Source of the DNA: Bacillota bacterium
Lineage (GTDB): Bacteria > Bacillota > Clostridia > Christensenellales > UBA1242
Assembly: GCA_009787915.1 (NCBI GenBank)
Contig: WQSK01000002.1
Location: 1-60,802, forward strand
Reading direction: 5' to 3'
DNA length: 60,802 nucleotides
The notes beneath the pieces are model-generated. The model did not search any database and was not told the DNA's origin. It saw only the letters and a list, made by a program, of their open reading frames with translations. Position 1 is the stretch's first letter; every line of letters begins with the position of its first letter. The position numbers were made by a program, and so were the translations under genes. This document shows, one piece after another, positions 1-8,433 of this stretch.

Positions 1-840
1 AATCTGTGTTGTTGAAAAACCAAATGTATACGTAAACACGTGGAGCCCCAAACTCGTGATAAACGCCCCCGCCGATAAACTCACGGCATACCCAAAAATC
101 AAGAGCGCAACATTTTTTTGTTTCATCACACCGAAGAACTCGCCGAATATGCTCGAGAGCCCACCCTTCTTAGCGCGCGCGGAGTCAGATGGCTTTGGAC
201 TCTCTAAAAAGTCATCCGATGAAAGCGCCCGACGTGTCCCGATAAAACATATGACCGCGCAAAGTATGCAAAGCGTACTCGTCACCCACGCAATCCCCAT
301 GTACCCCCCAGGCAGCGACGGGTCGCGCAAAAATACCAACATAAGTAATGACGGAACCAAAAGACTTGAAAACGAAAATGCCGCGCGAAAGTTTTGCACC
401 GCGGTTCTGTCATCGTATGACCGCGACAAATCCAAGCCCAGCGCGCTATACGGTGTGGAATAACACGTGTTAAACGTTTCCATTAATAAAAGCATAATGA
501 ACAAGAGCCAAAACTTTGCGTTTATCCCAAGACCACTTGGGATAGACCACAACAATAGGTTTGCAACCGCAACCGCTATGCCCGCAAAAAGTATCCACCC
601 GTGACGTTTGCCGAATCGTCGGCTTTTTGTGTTGTCCGATAGGTGGCCTACAATAGGGTCTGTTGTTGCATCCCAAACGGTGCTTATCCCAATTGCGATT
701 CCCATAAGGGTCCCTGGGATTCCCAAAACACCTGTGCCAAAAAACATGAGGAAAGAACTTGTGGTTTGTCCAATGCTCCCGTAACCGAAAGCCCCGACCC
801 CGTACAAAAACTTTGTCCTTGTTTTGACATTTGTTGACAT
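1..840 (-). CDS. GPH-family (glycoside-pentoside-hexuronide:cation symporter-like) MFS transporter, N-terminal 280 codons; the 3' end lies beyond the left window edge
   Basis: Absent from the ORF track because there is no stop in the window. Hand translation of the minus strand from the ATG at 840-838 gives MSTNVKTRTKFLYGVGAFGYGSIGQTTSSFLMFFGTGVLGIPG...VWDATTDPIVGHLSDNTKSRRFGKRHGWILFAG... and stays open to position 1. The DP-x-x-G-x-x-SD-x-T-x-SR-x-GKR loop motif and TM periodicity are typical of MelB/YicJ-type carriers. Confidence 0.75.
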   Translation of the reverse strand, partial: MSTNVKTRTKFLYGVGAFGYGSIGQTTSSFLMFFGTGVLGIPGTLMGIAIGISTVWDATTDPIVGHLSDNTKSRRFGKRHGWILFAGIAVAVANLLLWSIPSGLGINAKFWLLFIMLLLMETFNTCYSTPYSALGLDLSRSYDDRTAVQNFRAAFSFSSLLVPSLLMLVFLRDPSLPGGYMGIAWVTSTLCILCAVICFIGTRRALSSDDFLESPKPSDSARAKKGGLSSIFGEFFGVMKQKNVALLIFGYAVSLSAGAFITSLGLHVFTYTFGFSTTQI

Positions 841-857
841 TTCTATTTATATGTGCT

Positions 858-1196
858 ATGATTGATGTAATGAAAGAATTAAGAGAAGTAATTGAGGAAT
901 TAAAGAAAAAGAAGTCCGCAAACCCTCAGGCGGCACGTTGTGAAACTGCATTTATTGATGTAGTTGAGAGTATGACAGATTTTGGCGACGCGATGCTGGA
1001 TAGTCCCACTGATTTAAGTTTAGCGTGGATTAAGGGCATGGTTGATGCTCTAGCGTTGTTCGGAGAGGGGCTTAAACACGTCGTGGCACAAATCCAGGCA
1101 AACGCACAGGAGGTTGATGCCGACCAAAAACTTAACAAAGTTGGCGACCTTGAAGGCGGACCAAAAATAATACAATTCCCAACCACAAGAACGTAA
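858..1196 (+). CDS. Hypothetical small acidic helical protein
   Basis: ORF 831-1196. Internal ATGs at 858 and 870 (MKELREVIEELKKKK...) avoid overlap with the divergent transporter start. No recognisable domain. Confidence 0.4.
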   Translation: MIDVMKELREVIEELKKKKSANPQAARCETAFIDVVESMTDFGDAMLDSPTDLSLAWIKGMVDALALFGEGLKHVVAQIQANAQEVDADQKLNKVGDLEGGPKIIQFPTTRT

Positions 1197-1254
1197 AACA
1201 TGTGTCGATTTTTGTTGCTAAATGACACCAGTTTGGTACATACTAAGAACATAC

Positions 1255-2205
1255 ATGGGGAAAATGGATAGGCTTCTTGAATTCGGGAACAGCCGACGGG
1301 GTAAACTCGTCGGGTGGGGGTTGTCCCTTGTTTTTGCGTTGATATTTTTTGTTGGTATCGGAATGACGGCCTCGGGTGCGGCTTCACCAAATATTCAAAA
1401 CATCGAGGTCATCGCTCAAAACGTACACCAAGGCACAGTCGTTGACGCAGACGGTGGAGGAAACTTTTTTGGGTGGCACCTAACCGTCACAGACCTAAAA
1501 ACCCCTCTTCGTATAAACACGATACCTTTTGTTCAAACCGCACAAGTTCGCTTGTCCACGGGGTCGCACCTTATAACAATTCGTGATGAAACCATTATGT
1601 CTGGGGGGTCTACATACATAGAATTAAACCCCGTCGGCGGAATGTTTGAGTTTCACAGCCCCGAACCAGACCGCGACGTAGACCGCATTGTCATAGCCGT
1701 CGAGTGCGGGAATATGCCTACAAGGTTTATCTTTGTCCGAATTGTTTTGACAGAGCACGCAACTCAATTTACAGCAAGGCTTGAAAGAAACCCTGGTTCA
1801 CCTGACGCGTGGGTTCCCGCATCCGTCATCCGTCACGAGGAGTTTGTAAACACACAAACCCCGCTGGGCAATGACATCAGATATCGCGCACGTATCCAAT
1901 TCAAAATTTTCGGGCAGGTCGTATTTGACTCTATTCGCAGGGAGCGCATCGGCGAGGAGTATCGATACGAGTATAATCGCTTTTCAATCACAGAACTTGG
2001 TCTCCCCACAGTTCCAATAGGTCTGTTTGCCGAGTGCATAAACCCCGAGGTCGGGAGCACGGGTCTTATCTTGGTGCAAGGGGCAGGACGAACTACGGAG
2101 GAACAAACGTTTGTAATAAACTTCCGAATTGCGGTAAACTTTAACGACCAAGAGTTTGTAATGAACCCAAATTTTCGCGTGAATATTGTTGTTCCTCCGC
2201 AATAA
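1255..2205 (+). CDS. Hypothetical membrane-anchored extracytoplasmic protein
   Basis: ORF 1222-2205. ATG at 1255 (MGKMDRLLEF...) is followed by one hydrophobic helix (LVGWGLSLVFALIFFVGIGMTASGAA) and then a roughly 270-aa soluble region with no family I recognise. Confidence 0.55.
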   Translation: MGKMDRLLEFGNSRRGKLVGWGLSLVFALIFFVGIGMTASGAASPNIQNIEVIAQNVHQGTVVDADGGGNFFGWHLTVTDLKTPLRINTIPFVQTAQVRLSTGSHLITIRDETIMSGGSTYIELNPVGGMFEFHSPEPDRDVDRIVIAVECGNMPTRFIFVRIVLTEHATQFTARLERNPGSPDAWVPASVIRHEEFVNTQTPLGNDIRYRARIQFKIFGQVVFDSIRRERIGEEYRYEYNRFSITELGLPTVPIGLFAECINPEVGSTGLILVQGAGRTTEEQTFVINFRIAVNFNDQEFVMNPNFRVNIVVPPQ

Positions 2206-2223
2206 TTGGTGTACAATGGTTAC

Positions 2224-3588
2224 ATGACTACGATTGAAAAAATCACAGCACTTTGCAAAAGCCGTGGCTTTGTTTTCCCTGGCAGTGAAATTTATGGCGG
2301 ACTTGCAAACACGTGGGACTTTGGACCCCTTGGTGCCGAGTTAAAAGAAAACATCAAACGCGAATGGTGGAAATTTTTTGTCCAGCAAAACCCAACAAGT
2401 GTTGGACTTGACGGCGGTATTTTAATGAACTCGGCAGTTTGGAAAGCCTCGGGTCACGTTGATGGTTTTAATGACCCGCTTATTGATTGTAAATCTTGTA
2501 AAACCCGACATCGCGCAGACCACCTGATAGAAAAGCACAGCAAAGGTAAAGTGAGCGCGGATTTTAAGCCGAACGAGTGGCTTGAAAAATGGATTGATGA
2601 CAACAAGGTCAAATGTCCGACTTGTGGAAAAACCGATTGGACAAAAATCCGCCAGTTTAACCTTATGTTCAAAACAAATCGCGGAGTCGTCGAGGGGCAA
2701 GAAGATACTGTTTACCTCCGACCAGAAACCGCGCAGAACCAGTTTGTTAATTTCACGAATGTTCAACGCTCTATGCGCATGAAAATCCCTTTTGGGATTG
2801 GGCAAGTTGGTAAAGCATTCAGAAACGAAATAACACCAGGGAACTTTATTTTTAGAACTATCGAGTTTGAACAAATGGAGCATCAACAGTTTTGTCACGC
2901 AAAAGACGCCAAGAAATTCTATGAGGATTACAAGAAACTCGCTTGGGAGTTTAACACCAAAGTTTTGGGTATTAACGAAAAAAACCTTAGGTTCAAAGAC
3001 CACGAAACTTTGTGCCACTATGCAAAGATGGCGTGCGACATTGATTATAATTTTTCATTTGGCTGGGGAGAATTGGCGGGAACACACCACCGAAGCGAGT
3101 TTGATTTGACACAACACATCAACCACAGCAAAAAATCCCTTGAATACACCGACCCTGTGACGAACGAAAAGTTTGTTCCTACGGTAATTGAATCTTCGCA
3201 GGGGCTTAATCGTTCGGTGCTTGTTTGTTTGCATGACGCGTATCACGAAGAAAAAGTTGACGACGACACCCGTGTAGTTTTAAAATTACATCCGCGGATT
3301 GCTCCGTACAAAGTTGCGGTTTTGCCCCTCCAAAAAAAGGAGCAGGGCGAACAGGCCTACGAACTGTGTCGCGAGTTGTCAAAGCACTTTGCCTGTACCT
3401 ACGACGATACCGCGAGCATCGGCAAACGCTATCGCCGACAAGACGAGATTGGAACACCTTTTTGTATCACCGTGGATTTTGACTCTGTTAAGGGCAAAAG
3501 TGTTACCATCCGCCACCGCGACACGATGAAGCAAGAAAGAATCAAAACAAAGGAGATTGAAAGTTATGTCAAATTGCATATTCTGTAG
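2224..3588 (+). CDS. glyQS: Glycine--tRNA ligase (single-chain class II GlyRS)
   Basis: MTTIEKITALCKSRGFVFPGSEIYGGLANTWDFGPLG..., FRNEITPGNFIFRTIEFEQME and a C-terminal anticodon-binding-type region. Start placed at ATG 2224, in frame with track ORF 2206. Confidence 0.9.
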   Translation: MTTIEKITALCKSRGFVFPGSEIYGGLANTWDFGPLGAELKENIKREWWKFFVQQNPTSVGLDGGILMNSAVWKASGHVDGFNDPLIDCKSCKTRHRADHLIEKHSKGKVSADFKPNEWLEKWIDDNKVKCPTCGKTDWTKIRQFNLMFKTNRGVVEGQEDTVYLRPETAQNQFVNFTNVQRSMRMKIPFGIGQVGKAFRNEITPGNFIFRTIEFEQMEHQQFCHAKDAKKFYEDYKKLAWEFNTKVLGINEKNLRFKDHETLCHYAKMACDIDYNFSFGWGELAGTHHRSEFDLTQHINHSKKSLEYTDPVTNEKFVPTVIESSQGLNRSVLVCLHDAYHEEKVDDDTRVVLKLHPRIAPYKVAVLPLQKKEQGEQAYELCRELSKHFACTYDDTASIGKRYRRQDEIGTPFCITVDFDSVKGKSVTIRHRDTMKQERIKTKEIESYVKLHIL

Positions 3589-3883
3589 GATTGCCGAAGG
3601 CAGTTTACCCAGCAAAATTATCTATGACGATGAATACACAATGGCAATCTTGGACATCGCGCCAGAACGCCCTGGGCATACTATTGTTATTCCAAAAAAG
3701 CATTGCGAAAACCTTTTGGATTGTGACCAGGACACACTTCTTCATGTTATGAACGCCGTCCGTTTGGTTACGCGTAACCTTAAAACGGGCGGAGCAAAAG
3801 CAATAAAAGTCGTACAAAACACGGGTGCACCGCTCCAGGAAGTTTTCCATTTGCACTTTCATGTGATTCCGTATAATGATTAA
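3566..3883 (+). CDS. HIT-family (histidine triad) nucleotide hydrolase
   Basis: MSNCIFCRIAEG..., HLHFHVIP histidine-triad motif. AAGGAG lies upstream of ATG 3566. Confidence 0.85.
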   Translation: MSNCIFCRIAEGSLPSKIIYDDEYTMAILDIAPERPGHTIVIPKKHCENLLDCDQDTLLHVMNAVRLVTRNLKTGGAKAIKVVQNTGAPLQEVFHLHFHVIPYND

Positions 3884-4436
3884 GATTATCGTTCTCGACG
3901 GGCCGCGCGGGGTAGGCAAAGACGCGCTTATTCGCACTATTTTGGCGACGTGTCCAAAGACAAAAAAAATTGTTAATTTCTGTACGCGCCCCATGCGCCC
4001 AGGTGAAGTTGAGGGCGTGGATTATTTTTTTACCGATAATGAAACCTTTTTCAAAAAGAGGGAGAGCGGTGAAATCATAGAACAATCCGAGTTCCATGGA
4101 ACCTATAGGGGGATGAGTAAAAAAGTAATCGACAACATCATCTCCCAAAACAACCAAATCGCCATTGTCACCACAGATATTTATGGCATTCGTGTTTTGA
4201 GAAAAATCTTTAAAGACTTGGTCGTTGCTTTTTTCATCACCGTTGATACCGAAGTTTTGCGTCAAAGACTTATCGCTATTGGCGACAAGACCGTTGAAGA
4301 ACGCCTTTTGACATATGAATCACGGAGTAAATTCAAAAACGAATCCGACCACATTATTGAAAACAACACGACCCTAGAGGACACCGTTTGTAAAATCAAA
4401 GATATTTTGGAGAAACAATATGGAACAAAACTCTGA
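3876..4436 (+). CDS. gmk: Guanylate kinase-like P-loop kinase
   Basis: IIVLDGPRGVGKDALI (P-loop) and CTRPMRPGEVEGVDYFF resemble the guanylate kinase TTRPxRxGExxGxDYxF block. Overlaps the HIT stop. Confidence 0.65.
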   Translation: MIKIIVLDGPRGVGKDALIRTILATCPKTKKIVNFCTRPMRPGEVEGVDYFFTDNETFFKKRESGEIIEQSEFHGTYRGMSKKVIDNIISQNNQIAIVTTDIYGIRVLRKIFKDLVVAFFITVDTEVLRQRLIAIGDKTVEERLLTYESRSKFKNESDHIIENNTTLEDTVCKIKDILEKQYGTKL

Positions 4437-5511
4437 GAACTTTAACGAGGTCGAAACCACAAGTGTTTCCACCCACCAATGCGGGTCTTGCGGCTCTCAG
4501 ATGAAGTTCGACATTGAATACGGAGTTTTGGCTTGCGGACATTGCCAAACGGTCAAACTTATCGACAATGATGATGCTATTTGGAGGCGTGAACTCACGG
4601 ACGAAATTATGCGCACCCACACATTGCGCACAGATGGGACGGTTGTGCGGTGCCAAGGCTGTGGCTCTACCGAAGTTTTGGACCGAACCGCGATTAACAA
4701 AATTTGTAATTTTTGCGGAAACACATCTGTTGTTGCTACTGAAGATTTATGCGGAATACAACCTGACGGGATTATACCATTTACATTGGACAAAGCCCAA
4801 ATCCATCAAATGTTTGCAAACTGGATGAAAAGCCGCCCTTTCGCCCCAGGTGTTTTCAAACGCACAGACGTAAGGGAACGACTTAACCCAATCTATATTC
4901 CTTCATGGTCTTTTTCGGCGGAAGCAGATGGCTTTTACGATGGAACCCTTGGACGGCGCGTTATGCGACAAACACGCAACCGTCATGGCCAAATCATCAC
5001 ATCAAGCGTTATAAGGTACTTTCGCGTCAATGGGGTTTTACGACGCCACTATACAGACTATCTAATCCAAAGTTCAAAAAGTATTTCCCCAATCAACTTT
5101 AAAACCCTAAACCCTTTTTCTTTGGGCGAGGTACAACCTTATAGGACCGACTATCTCGCAGGGATTCCGACAGAGCACTATTCACGTCTTTTGGAAGATT
5201 GTTTCAAGGAATTCACCGAAAAAATCAAGCGTGACATCCGACGCGATGTTGTTCGAAACCACCACGCTGACCTTGTGCAAACTCTTTCTATCAATCTTTC
5301 GTTTAACAAAAAGAAGTTCAACTATATTTTGTTGCCAATATATATCGCGCATTACAAGTACCGCGGAAAGACCTACAACTTCTACGTCAACGGAACAAGT
5401 GGAAAAATTGTGGGTAAGTACCCTGTGAGTTTCAGAAAAATCGGTTTTTTAATCTTCGGTGTTGTCGCAGCACTGGCTGGGGCAGTAGCCGCGTACTATT
5501 TTTTGTTCTAA
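4420..5511 (+). CDS. Zinc-ribbon protein with C-terminal transmembrane anchor (hypothetical)
   Basis: Two CxxC...CxxC pairs (CGSCGS...CGHC; CQGCGS...CNFCG) and a terminal hydrophobic helix IGFLIFGVVAALAGAVAAYYFLF. Confidence 0.6.
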   Translation: MEQNSENFNEVETTSVSTHQCGSCGSQMKFDIEYGVLACGHCQTVKLIDNDDAIWRRELTDEIMRTHTLRTDGTVVRCQGCGSTEVLDRTAINKICNFCGNTSVVATEDLCGIQPDGIIPFTLDKAQIHQMFANWMKSRPFAPGVFKRTDVRERLNPIYIPSWSFSAEADGFYDGTLGRRVMRQTRNRHGQIITSSVIRYFRVNGVLRRHYTDYLIQSSKSISPINFKTLNPFSLGEVQPYRTDYLAGIPTEHYSRLLEDCFKEFTEKIKRDIRRDVVRNHHADLVQTLSINLSFNKKKFNYILLPIYIAHYKYRGKTYNFYVNGTSGKIVGKYPVSFRKIGFLIFGVVAALAGAVAAYYFLF

Positions 5512-5520
5512 ATAACAAAC

Positions 5521-5537
5521 TTATCCACTTATCCACA
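5521..5537 (+). promoter_or_regulatory. Tandem DnaA-box-like sites (TTATCCACT + perfect TTATCCACA)
   Basis: Sequence ttatccacttatccaca lies in the 77-nt gap upstream of yabP. The second 9-mer equals the DnaA-box consensus. Confidence 0.5.
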
Positions 5538-5588
5538 AGTATAACACCCCTAATTAAACTAATACTATATAATAACATATATATCTAT

Positions 5589-5849
5589 ATGGACAACTCT
5601 CAATCAAACCTAACATTAACTAACAGAAAAGAACTCTCGCTTACTGGAATCAAAAAAGTCAAATCAACGGAACCGAACATGGTCGTTGCCTCTTTGGGTG
5701 AAACAGGTGTTGTTATATCTGGTTCCAACCTATCCGTCGAACACCTTGATATAAAAGAAGAACAACTCATTATTACTGGAACCATAGATTCTATTAAATT
5801 CACAAACACGGTTTCCAAAAATTTCAGTATTAAAAACATGTTCAAATAA
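5589..5849 (+). CDS. yabP: YabP-family sporulation protein
   Basis: LTLTNRKELSLTGIKKVKSTEPNMVVASLGETGVVISGSNLSVEHLDIKEEQLIITGTIDSIKF follows the YabP pattern: L-x-L-x-NRK-x-L-x-L-TG-V, then IxG-x-L-x-hLD-h, then G-x-IDSh. Confidence 0.6.
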   Translation: MDNSQSNLTLTNRKELSLTGIKKVKSTEPNMVVASLGETGVVISGSNLSVEHLDIKEEQLIITGTIDSIKFTNTVSKNFSIKNMFK

Positions 5850-5870
5850 TTATTTTAATACTATTATAGT

Positions 5871-6053
5871 ATGAACTTCGTGCTGTACCAATTTCTGTGG
5901 GCAATAGGCTTGGTGTTTTTTCTGGCGCTTGGCATAGCGGTTATCCACATATTCACGCACGGAGTTTTCAAAAACAAATACGCCCCAATCTTTGAAATTT
6001 TATCGGTTTTCACAGTCTTTGCGTATATACTTGCTTTCCACGTGAATTTCTGA
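5871..6053 (+). CDS. Small two-TM membrane protein in the position of yabQ
   Basis: 60 aa with two hydrophobic helices, immediately after yabP as yabQ is in Bacillus. Sequence similarity could not be judged. Confidence 0.35.
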   Translation: MNFVLYQFLWAIGLVFFLALGIAVIHIFTHGVFKNKYAPIFEILSVFTVFAYILAFHVNF

Positions 6054-6064
6054 TACTGTTTTTT

Positions 6065-7015
6065 ATGAGCACAACATCACTCTACCGAAAATACCGTCCG
6101 CAGAAATTTGGGGACATGATTGGGCAAGATTACATAGTTAAAATTTTGCACAACCAAATTCAGGGGAACAAAGTTTCGCACGCATATCTTTTTTGCGGGA
6201 GTCGCGGAACAGGAAAAACAACAACAGCCAAGATTTTTGCGAGTGAACTCACAGACGTTCTTGATATCTTTGAAATTGACGCAGCAAGCAATAACTCTGT
6301 CCAAGATGTTCGGGATATCACCGACAAAGTAAAATACCCGCCTGTTCGCGGCAAGTACAAAATCTATATCATTGACGAAGTTCATATGTTTTCAGGGGCG
6401 GCGTTTAATGCTTTTTTGAAAACATTGGAGGAAACCCCGTCACACGTTATTTTTATCTTGTGTACAACCGAACCTCACAAAATTTTACCGACGGTGCAAA
6501 GCAGGTGTCTAAGGTTTGACTTTCGTTCAGCCAGCGAAAAAGATGTGGCGAAACTCTTAGAGCGCGTTACAAAAAAAGAAAACATTTTGATTGACAAAGA
6601 ATCTATCGCACTGATTTCAACGGCCGCCGCGGGGGCATATCGTGACGCGTTGTCTTTTCTTGAAACAATATCAAGTTTTGCAAACGGGTCGCAAATAACG
6701 GGGAGCACCGTTGCGATGGTTTTGGGGTCGGTACCGCCTGAGGTTTTGAACGCACTTCTTGATTCGGTAAAAAAGTGCGACTTTAAAAAGATTATTGAAA
6801 CTTGCGGAAAGATTTTTGAACGCGGTGTTAATGCAGGGTTGCTTGTCCGAAATATGTTGGAGCAAATTAAACAACGGATTATCAAGGGTGAGGACTATAT
6901 GGCAATATTTCGTTCGTTCAGTGAATTGGAGTTATCAATTAAAAACTCGGTTGACCCGCGTGCGAGTTTTGAAAACACGTGTTTGGTGGCAGGCATAGAT
7001 GGAAACGCGAAGTGA
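6065..7015 (+). CDS. dnaX: DNA polymerase III gamma/tau subunit, ATPase module (domains I-III only)
   Basis: LYRKYRPQKFGDMIGQDYIVKILHNQI, GSRGTGKTTTAKIFA (Walker A), IYIIDEVHM (Walker B), TTEPHKILPTVQSRC (SRC motif). Confidence 0.9.
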   Translation: MSTTSLYRKYRPQKFGDMIGQDYIVKILHNQIQGNKVSHAYLFCGSRGTGKTTTAKIFASELTDVLDIFEIDAASNNSVQDVRDITDKVKYPPVRGKYKIYIIDEVHMFSGAAFNAFLKTLEETPSHVIFILCTTEPHKILPTVQSRCLRFDFRSASEKDVAKLLERVTKKENILIDKESIALISTAAAGAYRDALSFLETISSFANGSQITGSTVAMVLGSVPPEVLNALLDSVKKCDFKKIIETCGKIFERGVNAGLLVRNMLEQIKQRIIKGEDYMAIFRSFSELELSIKNSVDPRASFENTCLVAGIDGNAK

Positions 7016-7283
7016 TTGGGCGCAAATCCTTAAACGCCTAAGAGATGCGAGCGAGGAAGTAATTTTGTCGGTTATAAGTAACCTCGATGTTACGTTTACA
7101 CACGACGCAATTAACATATATGTAGAGGTCAAATCTACGTACGATATGTTGGTTAAGAACCAGGCGGTGTTTGATTCGGACAAAGTTAAAATTCACTACC
7201 GTCCAAAGTCCAAAAATGCGCATATAACTATGGAGCAAAAACTTGGCAATTTGTTTGGTGATAGGCTTTTTGTTGAGGTATAA
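6999..7283 (+). CDS. DnaX C-terminal-domain-like ORF overlapping the dnaX stop
   Basis: 94 aa, in +1 frame relative to dnaX with a 17-nt overlap. SDWAQILKRLRD...VTFTHDAINIYV resembles the W-x-x-hL...h-x-h-x-F segment at the C-terminus of full-length Firmicute DnaX. Confidence 0.45.
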   Translation: METRSDWAQILKRLRDASEEVILSVISNLDVTFTHDAINIYVEVKSTYDMLVKNQAVFDSDKVKIHYRPKSKNAHITMEQKLGNLFGDRLFVEV

Positions 7284-7289
7284 TATTTT

Positions 7290-7970
7290 ATGAAATTCAG
7301 TATAAACGCAAAAGTTTTTGAAATCGCACCGACCATGAAAATCGGCGTACTTGAATTATCGGGTATAAACAACAAGGCGGATGTCGGCAAGTTCTTTGAT
7401 ACGGAATTGGCTTTGATAACAAAAGACCTTGCTAAAAAGTTTGACGGGGTCGAGTTGGCGGAATATCCATTGGTTAAATCTTGGCGGGAGATATACAAAA
7501 AGTTCGGCGAGAAAAAAGCACGCTCTTCAATCGAGGCACTTATTAGGCGCATTGTCGGCGGAAAGGGTTTGTATCGAATCAATGCTTTGGTGGATTTATA
7601 TAATTTGGCGTCGCTTAGGTTCGAACTCCCTGCAGGGGGCGAGGACACGGATATGATGAAAGCACCGCTTGAATTAACAATAGCGGAGGGGACCGAGGAG
7701 TTTTTGCCACTTGGAGGTGGTGTTGAAAATCCAAACAATGGCGAAGTCATTTACAAAAGCGGCGATATAGTCGTGTGCAGGAATTTTAATTATAGAGAGA
7801 GTGATATTACAAAACTCACCGAAAACACAAAAAACGCCGTTATTGTTTTCGAGGATGTTTTTGGGTCGGAAGAAGAACTTAACAAGGCTATGGATTGGTT
7901 GGCGGAAAAAGCAAAAACATTTCTTGGGGCGGATGTAAAGTCACGCTTTGTATATAAGGAGGGGGAATGA
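7290..7970 (+). CDS. B3/B4 (PheRS beta-subunit-like) domain protein
   Basis: WREIYKKFGEKKARSSIEALIRRIVGGKGLYRINALVDLYNLASLRFELPAGGED matches my recollection of the stand-alone B3/4 tRNA-binding-like family. Confidence 0.7.
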   Translation: MKFSINAKVFEIAPTMKIGVLELSGINNKADVGKFFDTELALITKDLAKKFDGVELAEYPLVKSWREIYKKFGEKKARSSIEALIRRIVGGKGLYRINALVDLYNLASLRFELPAGGEDTDMMKAPLELTIAEGTEEFLPLGGGVENPNNGEVIYKSGDIVVCRNFNYRESDITKLTENTKNAVIVFEDVFGSEEELNKAMDWLAEKAKTFLGADVKSRFVYKEGE

Positions 7971-8269
7971 AAAACTTTGGCGGAATGGGCGGCATGAACA
8001 TGCAGCAAATGATGAAGCAGGCAAAAGAAGCACAGGCGCAAATTGAGCGCGCAAAAGAGGAGTTGGCGGAAACCAGTGTTGAGGCAACAGCAGGTGGCGG
8101 AATGGTCACCATTGAAATGAGCGGTGCTTACGAAGTCGTCAACATGAAAATTGACAAAAATGTTGTCGACCCCGATGATGTCGAGATGCTAGAGGATTTG
8201 ATTATTGCGGCTACGAACGAGGCTATTACGCAGGTCAATGCACTTAGGGCAGAAAAATTGCCGATGTAA
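7967..8269 (+). CDS. ybaB: YbaB/EbfC nucleoid-associated protein
   Basis: MNMQQMMKQAKEAQAQIERAKEELAETSVEATAGGGMVTIEMSGAYEVVNMKIDKNVVDPDDVEMLEDLIIAATNEA, in the conserved position after dnaX. Confidence 0.9.
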   Translation: MKNFGGMGGMNMQQMMKQAKEAQAQIERAKEELAETSVEATAGGGMVTIEMSGAYEVVNMKIDKNVVDPDDVEMLEDLIIAATNEAITQVNALRAEKLPM

Positions 8270-8286
8270 TAAAGGAGAATTTTGAA

Positions 8287-8433
8287 ATGAGATTAGAAAA
8301 TAAAACCCCCTATCCAAACCGCTCTGTCGGCGACAACTCGGTGACCCCCTTTACGAAAAGGGGAATGGCTCTGTTAAAAAATTCCCCCTTATTAAAGGGG
8401 GTGTCGCATAGCGACGGGGTTTTTTATGGCTAA
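8287..8433 (+). CDS. 48-codon ORF embedded in a hairpin-rich leader, overlapping the gltX-like start (coding status uncertain)
   Basis: AAAGGAG lies 9 nt upstream of ATG 8287. It translates as MRLENKTPYPNRSVGDNSVTPFTKRGMALLKNSPLLKGVSHSDGVFYG. The stop TAA 8431-8433 overlaps ATG 8426 of the next gene. Too short for the ORF track. Confidence 0.3.
   Translation: MRLENKTPYPNRSVGDNSVTPFTKRGMALLKNSPLLKGVSHSDGVFYG
8339..8405. repeat. Inverted pair of a GC-rich palindromic repeat (GTGACCCCCTTTAC-N-AAAGGGGAAT / ATTCCCCCTT-N-AAAGGGGGTG)
   Basis: Hairpins CCCCTTT/AAAGGGG (about 8346-8364) and CCCCCTT/AAGGGGG (about 8384-8401). A further possible outer pairing is AAAACCCC (8302-8309) with GGGGTTTT (8417-8424). 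The same core recurs at 33047-33073 on the other strand. Confidence 0.6.

Noticed and set aside
56-837. Track ORFs 56-463 (+), 470-676 (-) and 643-837 (+)
   Set aside because: All lie inside the long open minus-strand frame (1-840), which translates into a convincing GPH-type transporter. Their own translations are low-complexity or Cys/Arg-rich and look like antisense or off-frame artefacts.
7600-7640. GGTTCGAACTCC T-arm-like string suggesting a tRNA
   Set aside because: It lies inside the well-supported B3/4-domain CDS, and I could not build acceptor or anticodon stems around it.
7196-7750. 184-aa minus-strand ORF opposite the B3/4-domain gene, plus similar long antisense ORFs (926-1390, 26648-27139, 35032-35580, 44318-44683, 56710-57189, 60133-60600)
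   Set aside because: Each is antisense to a gene with clear family motifs. Their translations are Ser/Pro/Phe-rich with no motifs, typical of shadow ORFs.
8280-8430. T-box riboswitch or SRP/4.5S RNA upstream of the gltX-like gene (ffs lies near dnaX in Bacillus)
   Set aside because: The region is only about 150 nt and lacks the T-box consensus/specifier-loop organisation. I could not find the SRP domain IV motifs (GGAA tetraloop with flanking AGCA/GCAGC-type symmetric loop). It is kept only as an unassigned structured leader/repeat.
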